Below, in pieces: positions 58,596 through 64,000 of a DNA stretch of 64,000 bases. Both the position numbers and the translations under genes were made by a program. The stretch comes from an uncultured Chloroflexia bacterium (GTDB taxonomy: Bacteria; Chloroflexota; Limnocylindria; Limnocylindrales; CSP1-4). Numbering within the stretch: the stretch's first letter is position 1; each line of letters opens with the position of its first letter. The stretch is from NCBI GenBank assembly GCA_963748625.1, contig CAVVJT010000004.1, positions 544,001 through 608,000 on the forward strand. The letters run 5' to 3'. The notes beneath the pieces were generated by a model. The model was not told where the DNA came from, did no database searches, and saw only the letters and a list, made by a program, of their open reading frames with translations.

Positions 58596-60770
58596 ATGGC
58601 CACCGTTCGCCCTGCTCCCGGTCCCCGCGTCGCTGGTCGCGGCCGCCGTCGAGCGGCGCGTGACCAGCGGGGACCCATCCTCAACCGCGAGCTCAGCTGG
58701 ATCGAGTTCAATGCGCGCGTGCTCCACGAGGCGCGGGACTCCCGCAATCCCCTGCTGGAGCGGGTCAAGTTCCTGGCGATCTTCGCCAACAACCTCGACG
58801 AGTTCTTCCAGGTCCGCGTGTCCGGCCTGCGCCGCCAGGACCAGTCGAACTCGTCGCACCACTCCCTCGACGGCCTCACCCCGTCCCAGCAGCTCGATGC
58901 CATCCGCGAGCGCGTCCGCGAGCTGATCGCCGACCATTCCACCATCTGGAACGACATCCGCAAGGACCTCGCGGCAGAGGGCGTCGAGATCCTGGACTAC
59001 GAGGAGGTCCCGGAGCACCACGAACTGCTCCGCCGCCGCTTCCACGACGAGATCTTCCCGGTCCTCACGCCGCTCGCGGTGGACCCGGGCCACCCGTTCC
59101 CGTACATCTCCACGCTGAGCCTCTCGATCGCCGTGGGACTGCGCGACCCGGAGACGGGCGAGAGGCGCTTCGCCCGCGTCAAGATCCCGCCCATCCTGCC
59201 CCGCCTGTTCGCCGTCGAGCGCGACAAGTTCGTCCTCCTCGACCAGGTCATCGAGGCCAACCTCGACGAGCTGTTCCGGGGCATGGAGATCAACGAGACG
59301 CACCTGTTCCGGGTCACCCGTGACGCCGACATCACGCTCGAGGAGGACGAGGCCGACGACCTCCTGCTCGCGATCGAGGAGGAGGTCCGCCGCCGCCGCT
59401 TCGGCCAGGCCGTGCGCCTGGAGACCGAGCGCTCGATGCCCGAGCTCACCCGCCAGATCCTGATCAAGGGCACCGGCGTCCGCGAGGAGGACTGCTTCGA
59501 GGTCTCGGGCATGCTCGACCTCACCGCGCTCTTCCAGCTGGCGGGCCTGGACCGCCCCGACCTCAAGGCACCCCCGCATACACCGGTCATCCCGCCCCGC
59601 CTGCAGCCGCCCGATGAGGACGAGCCCACCGATGTCTTCGCCCAGATGCGCGCGGGCGACATCTTCGTGCATCACCCCTACGAGTCCTTCTCGGCCTCGG
59701 TGGAGCGGTTCCTGGACCAGGCGGCCGATGACCCGGACGTCCTCACGATCAAGCAGACGCTGTACCGGACGTCGGGCGACTCCCCCATCGTCAAGGCGCT
59801 GATCCGTGCCGCGGAGCGGGGCAAGCAGGTCGTGGTGCTGGTCGAGATCAAGGCCCGCTTCGACGAGGCGAACAACATCATCTGGGCCCGCCGCCTCGAG
59901 CAGGCCGGCGCCCACGTGGTCTACGGCCTGGTCGGCCTCAAGACCCATTCGAAGGTGGCGCTCGTCGTCCGCCGCGAGGGCCACGGCCTGCGCCGCTACT
60001 GCCACATCGGCACGGGCAACTACAACGGCAAGACGGCCCGCCTGTACGTGGACCTGGGCCTGCTCACCTGCCGAGAGGAGCTGGGCGCGGACGTCACCGA
60101 CCTGTTCAACGTCCTCACCGGCCTGTCGCGCCAGCGGGTCTTCCGCCGCCTCCTGGTCGCGCCGATGACCCTGCGCTCGCGGTTCCTCGAGATGGTCGAG
60201 CGCGAGGCCGCCGCCGCCCGAGCGGGCAATCCGGCCCGCATCGTCCTCAAGGTCAACTCCCTGGTCGACACGCAGGTGATCGAGGCGCTCTACGAGGCAT
60301 CCCGGGCCGGCGTGGAGGCCGACCTGATCGTCCGCGGCGCCTGCTGCCTCGTCCCGGGCGTCCCCGGCGTTTCGGAGAACATCCGTGTCCGCTCGATCGT
60401 CGGCGAGTTCCTGGAGCACTCGCGCATCTGGATGTTCCACAACGGCGGCCGGGCGGAGTGGTACATCGGCTCAGCCGATCTCATGGAGCGCAACCTCGAC
60501 CGCCGGGTGGAGGTTGTGACCCCCGTGGAGGATGGCGAGGCCCGCTCCCGCATGCGCCGCATCATCGAGGTCATGATGGCTGACGACCGCCGCTCCTGGC
60601 AGCTGGGCAAGGACGGGCGCTGGACCCGCACCGAGGTGCTCGAGTCGCGCGAGGGCACCGCCGACACGTTCGCGGTGCTCAAGGAGGACGCCTCGGCCTC
60701 GGCCGTGGTCACCACCGACCTGCCGAGCCGCCCGCACGCGCTGGCCGGCTCCATGGATCCCCGCGCATGA
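58596..60770 (+). CDS. ppk1: Polyphosphate kinase 1
   Basis: NRELSWIEFN, NLDEFF, HPFP, HHPYESF, KQTLYR, EIKARFDE, KTHSK, FLEHSR, RNLDRRVE. Confidence 0.96.
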   Translation: MATVRPAPGPRVAGRGRRRAARDQRGPILNRELSWIEFNARVLHEARDSRNPLLERVKFLAIFANNLDEFFQVRVSGLRRQDQSNSSHHSLDGLTPSQQLDAIRERVRELIADHSTIWNDIRKDLAAEGVEILDYEEVPEHHELLRRRFHDEIFPVLTPLAVDPGHPFPYISTLSLSIAVGLRDPETGERRFARVKIPPILPRLFAVERDKFVLLDQVIEANLDELFRGMEINETHLFRVTRDADITLEEDEADDLLLAIEEEVRRRRFGQAVRLETERSMPELTRQILIKGTGVREEDCFEVSGMLDLTALFQLAGLDRPDLKAPPHTPVIPPRLQPPDEDEPTDVFAQMRAGDIFVHHPYESFSASVERFLDQAADDPDVLTIKQTLYRTSGDSPIVKALIRAAERGKQVVVLVEIKARFDEANNIIWARRLEQAGAHVVYGLVGLKTHSKVALVVRREGHGLRRYCHIGTGNYNGKTARLYVDLGLLTCREELGADVTDLFNVLTGLSRQRVFRRLLVAPMTLRSRFLEMVEREAAAARAGNPARIVLKVNSLVDTQVIEALYEASRAGVEADLIVRGACCLVPGVPGVSENIRVRSIVGEFLEHSRIWMFHNGGRAEWYIGSADLMERNLDRRVEVVTPVEDGEARSRMRRIIEVMMADDRRSWQLGKDGRWTRTEVLESREGTADTFAVLKEDASASAVVTTDLPSRPHALAGSMDPRA

Positions 60771-62617
60771 CGGCCCAGGACGGGACTCCGAAGCAGGGCG
60801 GGACTCCGAAGCAGGACGGCACCACCGGCCCGGACGGGACTCCGAACCAGGACGGGACTCCGATCGAGATCGAGCTCAAGTACCGCATGACCGACGTGTC
60901 GACCGGCGAGCGCCTGCTGGCGGCAGACGACCTGGCGGGCTTCACTGCGCTCGGCCCGGCCGAGACGGTGTTCCACGAGGACCACTACGTGGACACGGCC
61001 GACCGGGCACTTGCAGCTGCCGGGTATGCCGGGCGCCTGCGCACATCGGGCGAGACCACGGTGATCACCCTCAAGGGACTCCTCCGCCTCGATGATGGCG
61101 GTGCGACCCATCGTCGCGAGGAGCTGGAGGGTCCGGCCGACCTCGAGGCGGACGTCGCTGGCTGGGCCGAGTCCGCCGCGCGGGACGCCGTGCTCGCGAT
61201 TGCCGGGTCGAGCCCGCTGGGCGAGCTGGTCCGGATCCGGCAGCAGCGCCGCAAGCGGCTGTACGGGAGGGATGGGGCCGTGGTCGAGGTCTCCGTCGAC
61301 GGCGTCGAGGTCGTCAAGGACGATGCCGTGATCGAGCGCTTCGCGGAGCTCGAGCTGGAGCTGCGCGAGGGCCACGAGGACGCGCTCGAGCCGCTCGTGG
61401 ACCTGCTGGCCGAGGTGGAGGAGCTGGTTCCGGCGGACACGTCCAAGCTTGAACGCGCCCTGGACGCCGTGACCCGGCACGAGGCGGCGGCGGAGCAGGA
61501 CGACGACGACGACGATGACCCGGGTGCGCCGGCCGATGCCAAGGCCCCGGCCAAGGGCAAGGCCGCCCGCGCTGCCGCTGCCGCTGAGGCTGCGACCACC
61601 GCTTCGGCTGCGACCCCCGCTGCCGCAGCCGCGGTTGAGGGCGAGGGCGAGGGTGTCGAGGCCCCCAAGGTTCCCCGGATCATTGTCCCCAAGACGCCGG
61701 GTGTCCTCGCCGAGGACCACGTGGCGGAGGCCGGCCGCAAGGTCCTGCGCTTCCACCTCGCCCGCATGCTCGCCCGCGAGGAGGGCACGCGCCTGGGCAA
61801 GGATCCCGAGGAGCTGCACGCGATGCGCGTCGCCACGCGACGCCAGCGGGCGGCCTGGCGGGTGTTCGGTGAGGCGTTCGACAGCCATCGGACCGAGCGC
61901 CACCGCCGCAGGCTCAAGGAAGTCGCTGCGGACCTGGGTGCCGTTCGGGACCTCGACGTGCTCATCGCGGCGGCCGAGCTCTACCAGGGCGGCCTGGCCG
62001 GCCCAGAGGCGCGGGCGTTCGACGCGCTCATGCGTGGCTGGCGCGTCCGGCGCGATGCCGCGCGCATCGTGCTCACCAAGGAGCTGGACTCCGGCAAGTA
62101 CCGCAAGTGGATCGACGAGTATGTCGAGTTCCTCCAGACCGAAGGCATGGGCGTGCGGGCCGTGGGGCCCGTGGAGCCGCACCGCGTCCGGGACTCGATG
62201 CCCTCACGGATCTGGGCCGCGTACGAGGTCGTACGCGCCTACGAGCCGGTGATGCGCTGGGCGGACGTCACCACGCTGCACGACCTGCGGATCGCGGCCA
62301 AGTGGCTGCGCTACACGCTGGAGTTCGCGCGTGAGGCGCTCGGGCGAGAGTCGGGGCCGGTGATCGAGAAGGTCGTCGCGCTCCAGGATCACCTGGGCTG
62401 GCTGCACGATGCCGATGTTGCGGCGGGCCTGGCCCGCCAATTCCTGCTGGAGAATGCCGGCAAGCTCTCGGAGGCGGAGAGCGCGGCGATCGGGCGCTAC
62501 CTGGTGGACCGCGAGCGGGAGCTGGCGCGGCTGCGCCGGACCGTCGGGCCCGCCTGGCGCGGCGTCTCGTCGATTGTCTTCCGGCGCGCGCTCGGCCGCG
62601 TGGTCGCGGGCCTGTAG
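60767..62617 (+). CDS. CYTH + CHAD domain protein (polyphosphate-associated)
   Basis: EIELKY, YVDT, ELELEL, SKLER (CYTH); EELHAMRVATRR, LGAVRDLDV, LHDLRIAAKWLRY, QDHLG..HD (CHAD). Confidence 0.9.
   Translation: MTAQDGTPKQGGTPKQDGTTGPDGTPNQDGTPIEIELKYRMTDVSTGERLLAADDLAGFTALGPAETVFHEDHYVDTADRALAAAGYAGRLRTSGETTVITLKGLLRLDDGGATHRREELEGPADLEADVAGWAESAARDAVLAIAGSSPLGELVRIRQQRRKRLYGRDGAVVEVSVDGVEVVKDDAVIERFAELELELREGHEDALEPLVDLLAEVEELVPADTSKLERALDAVTRHEAAAEQDDDDDDDPGAPADAKAPAKGKAARAAAAAEAATTASAATPAAAAAVEGEGEGVEAPKVPRIIVPKTPGVLAEDHVAEAGRKVLRFHLARMLAREEGTRLGKDPEELHAMRVATRRQRAAWRVFGEAFDSHRTERHRRRLKEVAADLGAVRDLDVLIAAAELYQGGLAGPEARAFDALMRGWRVRRDAARIVLTKELDSGKYRKWIDEYVEFLQTEGMGVRAVGPVEPHRVRDSMPSRIWAAYEVVRAYEPVMRWADVTTLHDLRIAAKWLRYTLEFAREALGRESGPVIEKVVALQDHLGWLHDADVAAGLARQFLLENAGKLSEAESAAIGRYLVDRERELARLRRTVGPAWRGVSSIVFRRALGRVVAGL
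60776..60862 (+). repeat. 18-bp in-frame tandem repeat, about 5 copies
   Basis: CAGGACGGGACTCCGAA(G/C) units encoding QDGTPK QGGTPK QDGTTG PDGTPN QDGTP. Confidence 0.85.
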
Positions 62618-62688
62618 CCGGCGGTCGAACCGCCGGCGGGCCGGCTGCCGCGGGACGCTGATCTACGGCGCTGCCGCAGGGCGCTGAG

Positions 62689-64000
62689 CTAGTCGATCGG
62701 CCAGGCGCTCTCGTCCCAACCGCGGATGAGCGCGGGCAGTTGGTCACGCCATGCGGGTCCCGCCGCGGCCACCGCCAGCACGAGACCCTCGCGGATCCCC
62801 TCCTCCGACACGCGGAGGCGGTCCGCCTCGTAGTGCTCGAGGATCGCGTCCACGATGATCGCGCCGGCGGGCAGAATCCTTGCGCGAGCCGGTCTGACCA
62901 GGTGCCGCTCGGCAGCCTCGAGGCTGCGCTCGACGGTGAGCATCGCGAGGGCCACCGTGAGCCGGCGGCGGGTCAGGACCCGGTCGAGCGCCGTGGCCGG
63001 CAAAAGCTTCAACAGGTTGCTTGCCGTCCCGCCGACCGCCACCACGTCGCCCGGATGGGCATCGGGGGCATAGGCCAGGATGCCCTTCACGGTGGACTTG
63101 AGCGACTCGATCTCCGCGAGTGACGGTGGATCGGACCGCACGATGTCCTTGGTCAGACGCGCGGCCCCGAGCGGCAGGCCCGTGGTGGACACCGCGCCAT
63201 CGGGACCCACGACCACGAACTCGGTGCTGCCGCCGCCCACATCCACGACCAGCATCTGGGACCTGATCGGGAGGCCCTTGGTGACGCCGAGGAGCGTCAG
63301 GCGGCCCTCCTCCTCGTGCTCGAGCACGTGGACCGGGACGCCGGCGCGAGCCTCCACCTCGTGGATCGCGATAGCCGCGTCATCGGCGCCGCGGAGCGGG
63401 TCGGTGCCCACCACCGTGACGAAGGCGGCGCCCAGCTGGCGCGCGGCGTGGGCGTAGGCGACGAGCGAGGCGATGAGCTCCTCGCGGGCGGCGTGGCCCA
63501 TGCGGCCGTGTGCCGCCACGCGGTCGCCAAGGCCCAGGAACACGGACTCGTCGAGGATCGGCTCCAGCTTGTGGCCGCCGACGGCCGCCACGAGCAGGTG
63601 CAGGCTGGTGGCGCCCACGTCGATGGCGGCACCGATCACGGCGCCCGGCGGGATCACGATCGGCGGGAGGCCGGACAGGGCCGGCCCGGTGGCGGGTCCT
63701 GCTCCGACGGGCGCGGCCTTGGCGTCGGGAGCGTCGTTAGCGTCAGGAGGCCCGGCCTCGGAGACCTCGGCCTCGGCAGGTGCGTCAAGCGGCGGCACGC
63801 CGACATGGAACGGGCCGAAGGCCTGATCATCGCCGACGGGAGCACCAAGGCTGGCATCCGGCTGCCCATCCGTCGCCGTCCCAGGGTCGAGGCTCGCGAC
63901 CTCCGCAGACTCCTCGCGATCTGCGCTCGCCTCGGACAGCACGGCGCCGACGTGGAACGGGCCGAATGCATCGTCAGCTGCGGGATGCTCGTCGGCCGGC
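62689..64000 (-). CDS. ppx: Ppx/GppA family exopolyphosphatase (5' end beyond window)
   Basis: IDVGATS, EEEG, VDVGGGSTE, VGGT, ILPAGA, GIREG; frame stays open to the window end. Confidence 0.85.
   Translation of the reverse strand, partial: PADEHPAADDAFGPFHVGAVLSEASADREESAEVASLDPGTATDGQPDASLGAPVGDDQAFGPFHVGVPPLDAPAEAEVSEAGPPDANDAPDAKAAPVGAGPATGPALSGLPPIVIPPGAVIGAAIDVGATSLHLLVAAVGGHKLEPILDESVFLGLGDRVAAHGRMGHAAREELIASLVAYAHAARQLGAAFVTVVGTDPLRGADDAAIAIHEVEARAGVPVHVLEHEEEGRLTLLGVTKGLPIRSQMLVVDVGGGSTEFVVVGPDGAVSTTGLPLGAARLTKDIVRSDPPSLAEIESLKSTVKGILAYAPDAHPGDVVAVGGTASNLLKLLPATALDRVLTRRRLTVALAMLTVERSLEAAERHLVRPARARILPAGAIIVDAILEHYEADRLRVSEEGIREGLVLAVAAAGPAWRDQLPALIRGWDESAWPID

Overview
Gene-dense, very high-GC bacterial housekeeping region with about 58 CDS. 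I found no tRNA, rRNA, CRISPR array, integrase or transposase. Gene content and style suggest a soil or freshwater Chloroflexota (Limnocylindria/Ellin6529-like) or an actinobacterium-like organism (inference). Main modules: FTR1 iron permease; aceE with a divergent OmpR-family regulator; F420 biosynthesis and use (cofD, cofC, cofE, PPOX, LLM, fgd); a class III cyclase-AAA-TPR gene with an in-frame TAG; trxB behind a CsoR-like palindrome; argCJBRG with tandem ARG boxes and a separate argH; two ABC-2 exporters; a three-peptidase cluster; a DUF971-YbjQ-TM2 membrane cluster; and a polyphosphate cluster (ppk1, CYTH-CHAD, ppx). Four single-base indels in short homopolymers (aceE, argR, C45 peptidase, TM2-TPR) look like long-read assembly errors, and one of them creates an apparent ArgR-ArgG fusion. 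Most notable observations: an intact DNA-ligase-fold protein that has lost its catalytic Lys; pervasive leaderless gene architecture, including a leaderless uORF coupled to argC; a dispersed intergenic inverted-repeat family; and a Flp-pilin-like helix inside a TM2-TPR protein. All calls come from motif recognition by eye, without database searches.
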